IMG/VR virus record: IMGVR_UViG_3300018080_005419
Length of the DNA stretch: 64,000 nt
Reading direction: 5' to 3' (one strand)
From: a virus
A program made the translations under genes and the position numbers. Below are positions 1 to 10,450 of the stretch, piece by piece. Each line of letters opens with the position of its first letter. Position 1 is the stretch's first letter. The notes under the pieces are model-generated. The model was not told the origin of the DNA, did no database searches, and was given only the letters and a program-made list of their open reading frames with translations.

Positions 1-284
1 CAGAAAGCAAGATCAACTAATGGTTTAGCAATCTTATTCTCTGTGCAATTTACCAAAGCTATAACATTCTCTGTTGAAGCTGTAATCATATGTTTAGCAA
101 TTTCTTTCTTTTGTTCTTGGAGTTCTGCTATCTTTGTATCAATTTCATTTATTTGTTTAATCTCATTTGCGCATTTGTTTGTAAAATCAGACGTTTCTCT
201 ATTAACAGCATCTTGGTCTATTTGATCAGCAATAGACCAAAGTGCTAAACGACGAGCAAGTTTTTTTTGTCTCTCTTGCTTCAC
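1..284 (-). CDS. Hypothetical coiled-coil protein, partial (runs off left edge)
   Basis: GTG at 284 preceded by AGGAAG; open frame VKQERQKKLARRLALWSIADQ... continues to the window edge; absent from ORF track. Confidence 0.6.
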   Translation of the reverse strand, partial: MKQERQKKLARRLALWSIADQIDQDAVNRETSDFTNKCANEIKQINEIDTKIAELQEQKKEIAKHMITASTENVIALVNCTENKIAKPLVDLAF

Positions 285-377
285 TTGAATACTTCCTTTT
301 AATATTTAAATAGAAACACATAAAATTCTCTTATCAACTATGGCTAAACAATAAAAAAATAATGAAAATTTTTAAAA

Positions 378-3300
378 TTATCCGCACCCACCAAAGTAAC
401 CACAAGAAGGACAAGTAGGACATTTATCAGTACCATCTGTCATAATAGCACCACATTGAGGACATGCAGGACGAATCATACTAGATAAAGTATTGTCATT
501 AATATTGTCATCATTTTGTTGAGGTTCTATAACCTTTTGTTGTTTCTTTGGTTTATGTTCTTCTTTTTGCTTTTTTTCTTGTTCTTGTGGTAATTGAAAT
601 TCTTTAAATATACTAGGGTCTTTTAAATATCCTTCATCATCAAAATGCATCAACATCAATCTAGCAATATAGTCTACTGGGCTTGTTACTCTACGTAGCT
701 CATCTTTTCTTCCTGTAAATCCCTTAGGCTCAAATTCAACATTTATAAATTTCGAACAAAGATTTCCTAAAGACTCACCTCTCTGTAGGGCAATCGAGAA
801 AGCAATAGACCAGCATTCAAGCATATTATTCAGAGAAGAACCAGGATTACCAAAGGTCAGGAAAAACTCACAAATACGCCCATCAGGATACAGGAAAATT
901 TGAAGATATCCTTGAGCTTGTCCAATTTTAATTCTGAATCTTAGCCCTCTTAATAAATCTCCTGGTCTTCTTCTTTGACCCCAATTTCTTCTAGCTTCAA
1001 CAATATCCTGATTTGTAATGCCCAAGGTTTCTAAGACATGAACAATATCGATAGCATTCTCATTCTTTCTTCTTGCCATTTCATTAAAGAGATCGTTATT
1101 TGTTAATCTTGTTATAAGTTCTTCAGAGTTAATAGAAATATCGCCATTTTGTTTTATAGCCAGAGGAGCAGAAGCCTTACAGTTATCTCTATATATGGAA
1201 ATTCCCTTACAACCTAATTTATATCCCATCTTAAAAGCTTCTGAAATATCATCTGTTGTTGAGGATTCTGGCATATTGATCGTTTTTGAAATACCACCAG
1301 AAACAAACGATTGAAGAGCCGCTAACATCTTAATATGACCCTTCCAATGAATCGTACCTTCTTCACCCAATGGAGAGGCTGCACATTTAAAAATATCTAC
1401 ATGTTGAGATTTAATTGCAGATCCTTTTACATGACCTTTTTCTTGAATATCATTACAAATAGAATCAATCTGGTCTTGTGTATATCCCAAGTTCTTTAAA
1501 GAATCAGAAATACAATTATTTACAAGCTTCATCATTCCACCACCAGCCAATGTTTTATATGTTACTAATGCATAACAAGGCTCAATACCAGTAGAATCAC
1601 AACCCATAATCAGAGAAATGGTTCCTGTTGGCGCTGCTACTGTTACTTGTCCATTTCTATATCCAAAACTTCCTCCCATAGAAATAGCTTCATCCCAACA
1701 TTCTTTTGCTGCTTTAAACAATTCTTTTGTTTTAGAAGAATAATGATCCTTATCTAATAATGGCAATGGTTTAATTTTTAATTTTTCATATTCTCCAACT
1801 TTTTTAACAACATCTCTTCTGGATAAAGGTTCCATGTCTTCGTGTAATCCATATGCTGCTCTACGATGATTACGTATAGCCTTTAATATATATTCTCTAT
1901 TTCTGTCATATGCAGGAAAAGCACCTAAATGTTCAGCAATTTCAGCAGAAGTAGTATAAGAATGTCCTGTCATAATAGACATCAATGCAGCAGCTATATT
2001 CATACTAACTTCAGAATCATAAGGTTGACCCATCAGCATTAAAAGAGTACCTAAATTTGCAGGTCCTAATCCTGTATTCCTATATTTCCAGACATTATGT
2101 GCTACTGCTTCGGAGGGTAATTGGGCCATGTCATTTGTCAGATCTAAAACAATTTGCCACATACGGATGGCATGTTTATAATTATCTACATTGAAAGTTT
2201 GAGATTTAATATCGAAAAACTTTGCTAAATTAATAGATGCTAAATTGCATGCGGTGTCGTTCAGAGAAATGTATTCTGAGCAATTTGAAACCAACATTTG
2301 ATCAGTAAAAAAATTATGATGTTTAGGGACATTTAAATCATAAACATCTTCTGTGTTAGATATTTCATTTACTTCAATTATTTTACTTTGTTTAATTTTT
2401 AAATTTTTGTTTAAAGTATAAATAATTTCTTCTGTTAATTCTTTTGCTCTTACCCACCCATTATTTGTATAAACCTCATGATCTGGGGTAAGTTTTAATT
2501 TTCCTTTGTTTGTTTTGATAATAACTAATTTAGCATTTCTTCTTGTAACTCCTAAATTATGAGCTTTAGCAACAACAACATTACCCTTATCATCACAAGA
2601 CAAAACTTTTACCGTTTTACTCTTAATATTTTTGATTTTTACTTTCTTGACTTTATCTTTTTCATTAACAACATAGACCAATGTGTCACCTGCCAGACAT
2701 GGATTTGTAGAATAAATTCTCCCATCAGCAGCAAGAGTATTCCAATCATTCATTGTACTATTAAAATGAATTGCAGGATCAGCACATTTCCAAGCAGATA
2801 AAATCATCTCTTCCCAAATTTCTGATGCTTTATATGATTTGGCAGGCTTACAAAGATCGTTAAGTTTTTCATAATCAACATTTCCTAATTCATCTGTAAA
2901 TTGTTTTTTGTCTAATCTCCACCATGTATCCCAAACTTCGCCATCCTCTAAAGCTTCCATAAATTCGTGAGAAACCGCTACACTGTTATTTCCATTTTGA
3001 CCACTTACTGTTTTATATGCTTCTCCATTAAAATCAGATTCATATCCTGCTGCAATTAATGCTTTTGCTTTCTTTTCTTCTTGAGATTTCCATTTAACAT
3101 ATTCCATAATATCTGGGTGATCAACGTCAACAACAAGCATTTTAGCAGCCCGTCTAGTATTGTGGGTAAATACACCGTGTAAGTATCTTGTTTGACCTTC
3201 TTTGTTAATTGGCTTATCTATTATGCAAACTACAGCAAAGTTCTGTTTGTCTTCTTCTTCATTGTCAACAGAAAGATTGTATGTTGGCTGAACACCTATT

Positions 3301-4493
3301 GGAGAAACAAGGCTGACTATGCATTCATTAATCTCCCCATATCCACGACATTTATTTCCTTTTTCTAATTTAAATGCTTTTACATATTCACCACTTGTTA
3401 AAAGAAACGGATGATCAAAAGAAACATTATATTCTTGCCCATCTGTAAATTTAACGTTTACACATTCTTTGTCTTCTGATTGGAAAACTTCTTTGACTGG
3501 TCTTAGAACTGTTTGGGAAGTATCTTTATCCCAGGAATAAACACGAGGAGAAAATTCTGCTTCTGCTAATTGTTGAATAGTAAATACTCCCTCTTCAGTT
3601 GGGATTTTTGTATCGGCACATAAACAGATCCCTCCAGACTTAATACAATCTGCAGCACGATCAAAAATTCTCAGGAACGACATTAATCCAGAAGAAGTAC
3701 CACCACCAGATAACATTTCTCCATCTGCTCTTAGATTGCTAAAGTTTGTACCCGCCCCACTTCCTAATTTAAAAATTCTCGCTTCTTTTCTTAAGAGATC
3801 ATAAATACCACCTTCATCCAATAAGTTATCTTCCAATCCTAAAATAAAACATGCATGGGCTTGACTTCTAGAATAAAGATCTGGTGATTTATTTACAGTG
3901 CCATCATCAGTCGCATAACAGTGACCGCATGGATTTCCTTTAATTCCATAAGCCCACCAAATTCCAGTATTAAAAAATTGAGGGCTATTTGGAGCAGCCA
4001 TTTGATGATACAACATATAGACTATTTCATCATAAAAAGCCTGAGCATATTCTTCACAAGGCTCATTATCCTCATTATTAAAATAGCCCTTAAGACAACC
4101 CCAATATGTCCATGCTCCTGCTAATCTATTGAATACTTGCTTTACACTTGTTTCTCCATGACCTACTGTGTCTGTATCAGGTTCATCATCAGATATAGAA
4201 GGCAAAATCCATTCAGGGTAATTAGATATTTTTCCGGCAATCTCTTCTAAACCTTGTGGCAGTGCATATGATGATTTTGTTTTAAATGGAATACCCGATC
4301 TTCTGAAATACTTAGAAGCCATAATGTCTACAGTTTGCTGGCTCCAATGTGCTGGTGCTTCTATGTCATTTAATTCATAGAGAATATTATTTGATCTATG
4401 GTCTTTGAGTTGAACATTAAATTTTTTCCATTTCAAAGAATCAAATATGTTCTTACCTTTTAAATCCTGAGTAAAGATACGATTGATTTCCAT
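378..4493 (-). CDS. nrdJ: Adenosylcobalamin-dependent (class II) ribonucleotide reductase with two inteins, C-terminal TSCPD-like domain and Zn ribbon
   Basis: Motifs NSPQFFN, HACFIL, GSGAGTN, KSGG..TRRAAKM, NP/CSEY, TACNLASINL, APTGTIS, GGISKTINMP, GCKGISIYRD; C-terminal CPQC..CPSC. Confidence 0.95.
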   Translation of the reverse strand: MEINRIFTQDLKGKNIFDSLKWKKFNVQLKDHRSNNILYELNDIEAPAHWSQQTVDIMASKYFRRSGIPFKTKSSYALPQGLEEIAGKISNYPEWILPSISDDEPDTDTVGHGETSVKQVFNRLAGAWTYWGCLKGYFNNEDNEPCEEYAQAFYDEIVYMLYHQMAAPNSPQFFNTGIWWAYGIKGNPCGHCYATDDGTVNKSPDLYSRSQAHACFILGLEDNLLDEGGIYDLLRKEARIFKLGSGAGTNFSNLRADGEMLSGGGTSSGLMSFLRIFDRAADCIKSGGICLCADTKIPTEEGVFTIQQLAEAEFSPRVYSWDKDTSQTVLRPVKEVFQSEDKECVNVKFTDGQEYNVSFDHPFLLTSGEYVKAFKLEKGNKCRGYGEINECIVSLVSPIGVQPTYNLSVDNEEEDKQNFAVVCIIDKPINKEGQTRYLHGVFTHNTRRAAKMLVVDVDHPDIMEYVKWKSQEEKKAKALIAAGYESDFNGEAYKTVSGQNGNNSVAVSHEFMEALEDGEVWDTWWRLDKKQFTDELGNVDYEKLNDLCKPAKSYKASEIWEEMILSAWKCADPAIHFNSTMNDWNTLAADGRIYSTNPCLAGDTLVYVVNEKDKVKKVKIKNIKSKTVKVLSCDDKGNVVVAKAHNLGVTRRNAKLVIIKTNKGKLKLTPDHEVYTNNGWVRAKELTEEIIYTLNKNLKIKQSKIIEVNEISNTEDVYDLNVPKHHNFFTDQMLVSNCSEYISLNDTACNLASINLAKFFDIKSQTFNVDNYKHAIRMWQIVLDLTNDMAQLPSEAVAHNVWKYRNTGLGPANLGTLLMLMGQPYDSEVSMNIAAALMSIMTGHSYTTSAEIAEHLGAFPAYDRNREYILKAIRNHRRAAYGLHEDMEPLSRRDVVKKVGEYEKLKIKPLPLLDKDHYSSKTKELFKAAKECWDEAISMGGSFGYRNGQVTVAAPTGTISLIMGCDSTGIEPCYALVTYKTLAGGGMMKLVNNCISDSLKNLGYTQDQIDSICNDIQEKGHVKGSAIKSQHVDIFKCAASPLGEEGTIHWKGHIKMLAALQSFVSGGISKTINMPESSTTDDISEAFKMGYKLGCKGISIYRDNCKASAPLAIKQNGDISINSEELITRLTNNDLFNEMARRKNENAIDIVHVLETLGITNQDIVEARRNWGQRRRPGDLLRGLRFRIKIGQAQGYLQIFLYPDGRICEFFLTFGNPGSSLNNMLECWSIAFSIALQRGESLGNLCSKFINVEFEPKGFTGRKDELRRVTSPVDYIARLMLMHFDDEGYLKDPSIFKEFQLPQEQEKKQKEEHKPKKQQKVIEPQQNDDNINDNTLSSMIRPACPQCGAIMTDGTDKCPTCPSCGYFGGCG
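2283..2699 (-). other. Mini-intein 2 in NrdJ (139 aa), at the catalytic NPCxE motif
   Basis: Starts CLAGDTLV, has block B LTPDHEV, ends MLVSN followed by Cys; removal restores TNPCSEY. Confidence 0.9.
3159..3626 (-). other. Mini-intein 1 in NrdJ (156 aa)
   Basis: Starts CLCADTKIPT, ends GVFTHN followed by Thr; interrupts KSGG-TRRAAK; too short for a homing endonuclease. Confidence 0.9.
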
Positions 4494-4584
4494 GCTTATC
4501 CTTTTCTAGAATTTACACAAAAGAAAATAGTATCCCTTTAGAATTAAATATCTAATTGGGACACTATTAATTATAACTAAGTGA

Positions 4585-5637
4585 TTAAGGTGTTTCGGGA
4601 GGATTTTCTTGTATTTCTTCAACGTACTTCTCTACAACTTGAGGAGCCGGAACATCAGACAGATCAAGTTTAAGAGCTTTGTCACGTAATGCATCAACCT
4701 GTTTTGCTGCCAGACTAAGCAATTTCTCCACAAAGTCTGATTCATAGTTTCTTAAAAGACCAACCAAAGTCTCATTTAACTCTTGATTTTCCAGTATATT
4801 CATCAACGCAGTTTCAATATCATTAATTGCTCTCAGTTTAAAATCAGGAGATCTATACGAGAGAGTTAGCGAATCTGTAATTTGACGCCCCAGTCTCGAC
4901 AATATATCATAAAGATCTATATCAACCACATCAGAACCACGCATTTTATCACAAATAGCTTTCCCGATCATTCCAATTATTACAGTCTCGGGTTTCGACC
5001 GCATTTCTTCTAGCTTATCATATGCACCCTGAACCTCTACTTGTTGCATATCAAGAGAATTAAGAGCTTGAGCATCATTTATTTGTTTAATAGCATCGAA
5101 TACTTTTTGAGCACTTTCTTCTACAATTGCGTCTTTTGCCAGTTCTTTTGCTGCTTTAAGAATTCTTGCTGTTTTCTGATTAGTTACAGATTGGGGTCTT
5201 TCTACTGGCGCTACTTCTGCTTCCACTTCTTCTTCTTCAGTTTTAAGAGGAGACCCAAGAACTTCGTCTATTTTTTGCATTAATGCTGCTACCTCACTTG
5301 AATTAAATTGAGGCTTTGTTTGCGACTTATCTTTTGTTGAGGGAGCAGATGTAACCGGGTTTTTCCAATGTACTCTGACACCTAATTGATGAATATCGTC
5401 GTTAGGACCAATTAAAGAAGGTTGTACCCATGCAGCCATATATTGTTCTCTAAGTGTATTTCCACTACGATCTTTAATCACAGAAAATTCAACATCCCAA
5501 TCAAAAGAAGACTCGGGAACTTCTAATGTATATTCGGCTCCATGTCTTAAAGCAAGCTCATCGTTAAGAGGAGCCAGAATTTCCTGTTTGCAGAAAACCC
5601 AGTGTCTATTTGAAGCTTTTCGTCTGCGTAGTGCCAT
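4585..5637 (-). CDS. Hypothetical protein
   Basis: 350-aa ORF with GGAG RBS, co-oriented with neighbours. Confidence 0.75.
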   Translation of the reverse strand: MALRRRKASNRHWVFCKQEILAPLNDELALRHGAEYTLEVPESSFDWDVEFSVIKDRSGNTLREQYMAAWVQPSLIGPNDDIHQLGVRVHWKNPVTSAPSTKDKSQTKPQFNSSEVAALMQKIDEVLGSPLKTEEEEVEAEVAPVERPQSVTNQKTARILKAAKELAKDAIVEESAQKVFDAIKQINDAQALNSLDMQQVEVQGAYDKLEEMRSKPETVIIGMIGKAICDKMRGSDVVDIDLYDILSRLGRQITDSLTLSYRSPDFKLRAINDIETALMNILENQELNETLVGLLRNYESDFVEKLLSLAAKQVDALRDKALKLDLSDVPAPQVVEKYVEEIQENPPETP

Positions 5638-5651
5638 TATTTAATTTCTCC

Positions 5652-6167
5652 TTAGCTTTTCCATTTCCAACCATAAAATGTTGATCTATAAACATCTGGT
5701 TTTACAAAAAATACATCTTCTCCAATTTCTTCAACATTAGGCAAACAATCCTGATCTAATCTTGTTGTCCAGTTTACTTGAGAACCTTTAAATGGACCGT
5801 CTTGGAAAACAGCTTCTCCATCTATAAATTTAACTTTTGCTTGTACTGGAATATCACTAAGCATAGGACGAATCTCAATTAAACATCTTTTCTTTTGTGT
5901 AGCGCTGGCATTATGTACTTCTATTCTATATTGCTTATTATATTTCCTTTTTAGTTTTTTAACTGCTCTACGAATATCGTTCATTAAACCATTACATTCA
6001 AATGTCCCGTGATTTGGATTCTTACATATAATAACTACACCATTTAAAGATGAAATTTGCGACATAACATCTTCAAATACATCTTTAGGAACTTTAAGAT
6101 ATTTTGCTGCTTTTCTGATTGTTTCTTCTTGCAGCATCATAGCTAGATATATTTTGCGTTTGGACAT
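5652..6167 (-). CDS. Hypothetical protein
   Basis: 171-aa ORF tightly packed in the operon. Confidence 0.7.
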   Translation of the reverse strand: MSKRKIYLAMMLQEETIRKAAKYLKVPKDVFEDVMSQISSLNGVVIICKNPNHGTFECNGLMNDIRRAVKKLKRKYNKQYRIEVHNASATQKKRCLIEIRPMLSDIPVQAKVKFIDGEAVFQDGPFKGSQVNWTTRLDQDCLPNVEEIGEDVFFVKPDVYRSTFYGWKWKS

Positions 6168-6180
6168 TTTATGAATCCTT

Positions 6181-6765
6181 CTAAAATAGCTGGAATAATA
6201 AAACTTTTTTGAAAAGATTAGAAAGAATTCCGCCAGTTTTCAATTCTTCTGTATTATTATCTTTAGGAATAACATCGGTACTGGATTTTCCTTTTGCTAC
6301 ATTAAGTCCCAAAGATTCTGCTAAATCATTAATAGAATTTTCACCCTTAATAAAAACATCTACTCCAGGAAGCATATTTTCAATTTGTTTAGCTCTTTTA
6401 ACTCTTCCTGTACTGACAATATATGGAATATCTTGATGCTCTTGGTCTAGATATTTAGCTAAAGAAAATCCATCAGCATTTTTTCCTTCACCTTCTAATC
6501 CCAAATCGATAACAATTGCTTTAACTTTATCTCCATTTCCATATTCTTCAATTCTCTTTTTTGCTTCACTTACATTTTTAGCGCTGACAATTTCAAATAT
6601 TTCGCCTCTAGAATTGAATAGTCTTTTAATCAATTCAACAGCTTCTTCTTTATCATCAACAACAATAAAAACACCTTCTCTTTCGTGTATTCTAATTCTT
6701 TTAGAGGCACGGAAATATTTCTGAAGTTCACTGTTCATTTGGGAAAAGTTTGTTTTGTTTTGCAT
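6181..6765 (-). CDS. Response-regulator receiver-domain protein
   Basis: IVVDD, IVIDLGL (phospho-Asp), VSTG, FIKG receiver motifs. Confidence 0.8.
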   Translation of the reverse strand: MQNKTNFSQMNSELQKYFRASKRIRIHEREGVFIVVDDKEEAVELIKRLFNSRGEIFEIVSAKNVSEAKKRIEEYGNGDKVKAIVIDLGLEGEGKNADGFSLAKYLDQEHQDIPYIVSTGRVKRAKQIENMLPGVDVFIKGENSINDLAESLGLNVAKGKSSTDVIPKDNNTEELKTGGILSNLFKKVLLFQLF

Positions 6766-6767
6766 TT

Positions 6768-7148
6768 TTATTCTCTTTCTCTATTGCACTCTCTCATTAC
6801 CTTTTCAATTTCAGTCAAAGTTTCAACCGCTTTCTTTTCTCTTACCTTAGATTCACGCAAAGCTCTTTTAACGGTTTCCATTGTTTTGGTTGATTCTCCA
6901 ATTAGAGCCACCATCTGTTTATATGCATCATTTAAATTTCTTTGTGCTTCTTTTCTCTCGCTTCTTTGTGTAAAATATAAATAAGCAATTGCTGAAGCTA
7001 ATATACTAATTACTCCACCAAATACTTTTAAATAAGTACTGTCTAATTGTGTTAACACCTGTTTTGTAACAATATCTGCTACAAATTGCGCAAAAACTTT
7101 TAGATCTGCTAGGCTTGTATTTGTTAGTTGTTCAATAGGTTCTGCCAT
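6768..7148 (-). CDS. Single-TM coiled-coil membrane protein (holin-like topology, unproven)
   Basis: Hydrophobic VFGGVISILASAIAYLYF followed by a charged heptad region. Confidence 0.6.
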   Translation of the reverse strand: MAEPIEQLTNTSLADLKVFAQFVADIVTKQVLTQLDSTYLKVFGGVISILASAIAYLYFTQRSERKEAQRNLNDAYKQMVALIGESTKTMETVKRALRESKVREKKAVETLTEIEKVMRECNRERE

Positions 7149-7158
7149 TTCAAATTCC

Positions 7159-9321
7159 TTATAAATCTAACAATTCTTGTACTTTAGAAACAAAATCTGA
7201 TAAATCAAATGGCTTATATAAAAATTCATCATATTCTGTTTCTTCTAAATTTTCTTGTTGTATTCTTCCGGTTAATATCATGACTTTTGGTTTTATTCCT
7301 TTACATTTAGACAATTTATTCAAAAATTCTATTCCAGTCATTTTGGGCATTTGTATGTCGGTTACAACTAATTCAAAAGGATTCTTCTCGTGTTCTTCAA
7401 GTGCTTCGTATCCATCATCTCCAGAAAAGACCTCATAATTATATGTTTTCAATGTTTGTGTTAAGAGCTTACATAATTCAAATTCATCGTCTAATACCAA
7501 CACTCTTTTGTTTTTGCCATTTTTAATAACAACAGTATTGCTTTTTTCTTCTTCTGTGTCTTTTTGAATTGGATTTTTGTTTTCATCTGATGGATTTTCA
7601 AATGTTAAAGTAAAAGTAGTACCAACATTTATTTCACTTTCAACAGATATTTCACCGCCATTCTTTTTCATTATCAAACTGCACATTGCCAAACCAAGTC
7701 CATTACCTGTAAATTTCTTTTGCGATTCTTCTCTGGCGAATGAACCCTTTGTGCTGAAAAATGGGTCAAATAATTTCTTTTGATCTTCTTCACTAATGCC
7801 ATGTCCAGTATCTGATATTTTTAAACATATGTTTTTGTCGTTGCTCTCTATATGAAATGAAACAGTTTTTTCAGGTCGATTATTTACAGCATGTCTTGCA
7901 TTTAGGACAATATTAAGAATTGCCTGTTTTACTTGGGCTGGGTCTGCAAATATAGTATATTGTTTTTCATTTGTCTTATCTGCAGAATCGAAATTGGATA
8001 TAAATTCTATTCCTTCACTTGAAAATTCTTTATGTACCAAGGATTTTGTATTCTCAACTAACTCCAACAAAGAAACCATTTTTTTGTTTATTCCATTTGC
8101 ATTTTCTCTTGCATAGTCTAGTAAACCCTTTGTAACCTCAGCGCCACGAGATATCATTTTTCTAACTGTTTTAAGACTTTCTAATGCTGTGTCTGAAATT
8201 CCTGGCATATTTAACACAATATCAAGATTACACATTGCTATAGAATTAATGTTATTATATTCATGTGCTATACCTGCTGCCAATGTACCTGCTGATGCCA
8301 AAGCAGCAGAACGGATAAGGGCTTTTTCAATTTCTTTTCTTTGTTCTACTTCTGCTTGCAGTTCTAAGAAGTGTTTTTGTTTTTCTTCTTTGTGTTTGAC
8401 TCTTTCTATTTCAACAATTTTTTCTATTTCTATATCGCGAACCAAAAACATAGCACCATCAACCTTTTCATCTCCGACAATTGGTGATATTTTTATTTTA
8501 ACATGAGTGTTTTTTCCACTAACAGATTCTAAAATAAATTGTTCTTGTGTGTCAATTTGCTCTGCATTGCCAATCACTCTTTCAAATATATTTTCAGTTA
8601 TATTGTTTTTAGCATCATTTTTTAAACTAATTATATTTCGAATATCTTTGTATAGAATCTCCTCATTAGATAGACCAAAAATTTCTTGAGCGATATTATT
8701 AACTCTTCGCACTCTCATTTTTCTATCAATAATAACAACACCTTCCATAGAAGATTGCATCATTGTTTCAAGATCGCACTCACATCGACCTAATGCTTCT
8801 TCTATTATTTCGCCTTTTTCAACAATTTTCACAAGGTCAGAAAAAGTGTGAACAAGCTCTAGACAATCAATATTGAAAGGCTGAGCACTTTTAAAAACAA
8901 AGCAAATAACTCCAACAACATAAGAATCTACAATAACCTTGCAACCCACTACTCCTTTAAGATTATTATCAATATTCACATTTAAAGCAGAAACATCGGA
9001 TGGTTTGTTATAGATCTTCTTACACACATCGATAATTGCACTTTTATCTTTTATATCTTTTGTTTTAGCTGACAGTTCAATTTCACCGTCAGATTTTAAA
9101 AATGCATAAAAAGCAGCTTCAGCATCTATTATACGTGCCATTATTTGAAGAGGCCCTGCTAATACTTCACCACATAAGTCAGGGCCATGTGGCAATTGGT
9201 TTTCTTGAAATACGCTTCTTCTATTTTGAAAACAGAAATTACAGGAGTGTTTTTCTCTATTTTTAAAGAATAGATAAACAACCAGAAATGTAAGAATAAT
9301 AGAAGTAACACAATAAAACAT
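7159..9321 (-). CDS. Hybrid sensor histidine kinase (GAF-like, PAS, HisKA, HATPase, receiver)
   Basis: H-box GIAHEYNN, N-box NIVLNARHA, G1 DTGHGI, F-box FDPFFSTK, G2 GNGLGL, receiver LVLDD..TDIQMPKMTG..FLYKPF. Confidence 0.92.
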   Translation of the reverse strand: MFYCVTSIILTFLVVYLFFKNREKHSCNFCFQNRRSVFQENQLPHGPDLCGEVLAGPLQIMARIIDAEAAFYAFLKSDGEIELSAKTKDIKDKSAIIDVCKKIYNKPSDVSALNVNIDNNLKGVVGCKVIVDSYVVGVICFVFKSAQPFNIDCLELVHTFSDLVKIVEKGEIIEEALGRCECDLETMMQSSMEGVVIIDRKMRVRRVNNIAQEIFGLSNEEILYKDIRNIISLKNDAKNNITENIFERVIGNAEQIDTQEQFILESVSGKNTHVKIKISPIVGDEKVDGAMFLVRDIEIEKIVEIERVKHKEEKQKHFLELQAEVEQRKEIEKALIRSAALASAGTLAAGIAHEYNNINSIAMCNLDIVLNMPGISDTALESLKTVRKMISRGAEVTKGLLDYARENANGINKKMVSLLELVENTKSLVHKEFSSEGIEFISNFDSADKTNEKQYTIFADPAQVKQAILNIVLNARHAVNNRPEKTVSFHIESNDKNICLKISDTGHGISEEDQKKLFDPFFSTKGSFAREESQKKFTGNGLGLAMCSLIMKKNGGEISVESEINVGTTFTLTFENPSDENKNPIQKDTEEEKSNTVVIKNGKNKRVLVLDDEFELCKLLTQTLKTYNYEVFSGDDGYEALEEHEKNPFELVVTDIQMPKMTGIEFLNKLSKCKGIKPKVMILTGRIQQENLEETEYDEFLYKPFDLSDFVSKVQELLDL

Positions 9322-9334
9322 ACTAAAACCTCAC

Positions 9335-9374
9335 AAAATTAAAGGATCACCGCAAAAGGTTAACGATGATCCTT
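9335..9374 (-). terminator. Hairpin between the DUF3175-like gene and the kinase gene (terminator-like)
   Basis: AAGGATCA/TGATCCTT inverted repeat followed by TTAATTTT on the minus strand. Confidence 0.4.
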
Positions 9375-9396
9375 GCAATTCTTTCTGTCTTATTTA

Positions 9397-10320
9397 TTAA
9401 TCTCGGACCTTAATGGTTTTCTTTATTAAATTGGAGAGATACTGCAAGGCTTCATTTGTGCTGGCAAAAGTTAATTCATCCTCATCTAAAAGACAATTAA
9501 GATATTGTTTTGCGTCTTCTTGGCTGCTAAAAATAATTTGCGATTGTCCATTTTCATTGTAATTATGAACAGATGCAACACGATCTACAATAACTGGCGT
9601 ATGTTTATTACCCATATAATCTAAGACGGGAACATTTTCTTTTTCAAAAAACGTTTGATTCAATTTCTTTTTAGCATCTGTTAATTGTTCTTGTTTTTCC
9701 TCTTCATTTTTAGGCTTTGGTTTATGATATTTTTTCTGATACCAATCTAAAACCAACTCAATATATTCTTTTATTTCTCCCTCTTTTAATTCTGGTTTTC
9801 TTTGCACAATAAAATCTATTGGTTTATCTATAAGTTCTGCAATTTGATCGCCAATATGTTGGTTTCCTTCTTCATCAACCCAGCCAAAATGCATAGCAGC
9901 AGTTTTTGGTTTACCTTTATTGGCAATTTCCCTATCTTTGCGATGGTATAATTCTCTAAGAATACTCTGCGCTCTCTTAATTTCTTTTCTGCGACTACGA
10001 GACAATCTTTTTCCTGCCCTGTTCAAATATAATTGGATTTTTGCAACTGCTGATTGAAATGTTGGAGCTTTGCGTTTTACTTCAATTGCGATTTCTTCTG
10101 CTGTATTATTGCCTGAAAAAGTACCTTCTTCCTCTTCAACAGTATCCCTAGTGGTGAGTTCCTGAATCCAACGGGGACCACCCTTGTGTATTTTCTTTTG
10201 ACTCTTGCTCTTACTTTTAGGAGTTTTCTTTTTGCTAGTGGTTTTCTTTTTACCTTTAGCAACCCTAAAACGGCAATGTTTATCTTCATCAAGCGCCATA
10301 GGTTTATCTCCAACAAGCAT
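9397..10320 (-). CDS. Basic N-terminal protein with DUF3175-like domain; possible virion internal protein
   Basis: SAVAKIQLYLNRAGKRLSRSRRKEIKRAQSILRELY resembles DUF3175 by eye; C-terminal FASTNEALQYL motif. Confidence 0.6.
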   Translation of the reverse strand: MLVGDKPMALDEDKHCRFRVAKGKKKTTSKKKTPKSKSKSQKKIHKGGPRWIQELTTRDTVEEEEGTFSGNNTAEEIAIEVKRKAPTFQSAVAKIQLYLNRAGKRLSRSRRKEIKRAQSILRELYHRKDREIANKGKPKTAAMHFGWVDEEGNQHIGDQIAELIDKPIDFIVQRKPELKEGEIKEYIELVLDWYQKKYHKPKPKNEEEKQEQLTDAKKKLNQTFFEKENVPVLDYMGNKHTPVIVDRVASVHNYNENGQSQIIFSSQEDAKQYLNCLLDEDELTFASTNEALQYLSNLIKKTIKVRD

Positions 10321-10450
10321 TAATGCAAATCTCTACATATATAATCTAGATTATAAAAGAAAATTAAAAATATTAAAGTGTTGTCGAAAATTATGTCGAT
10401 AAATTCAAGTTGTTAAAATTAAAATGATAAAATAGCTAAAAGAAAGGAAT

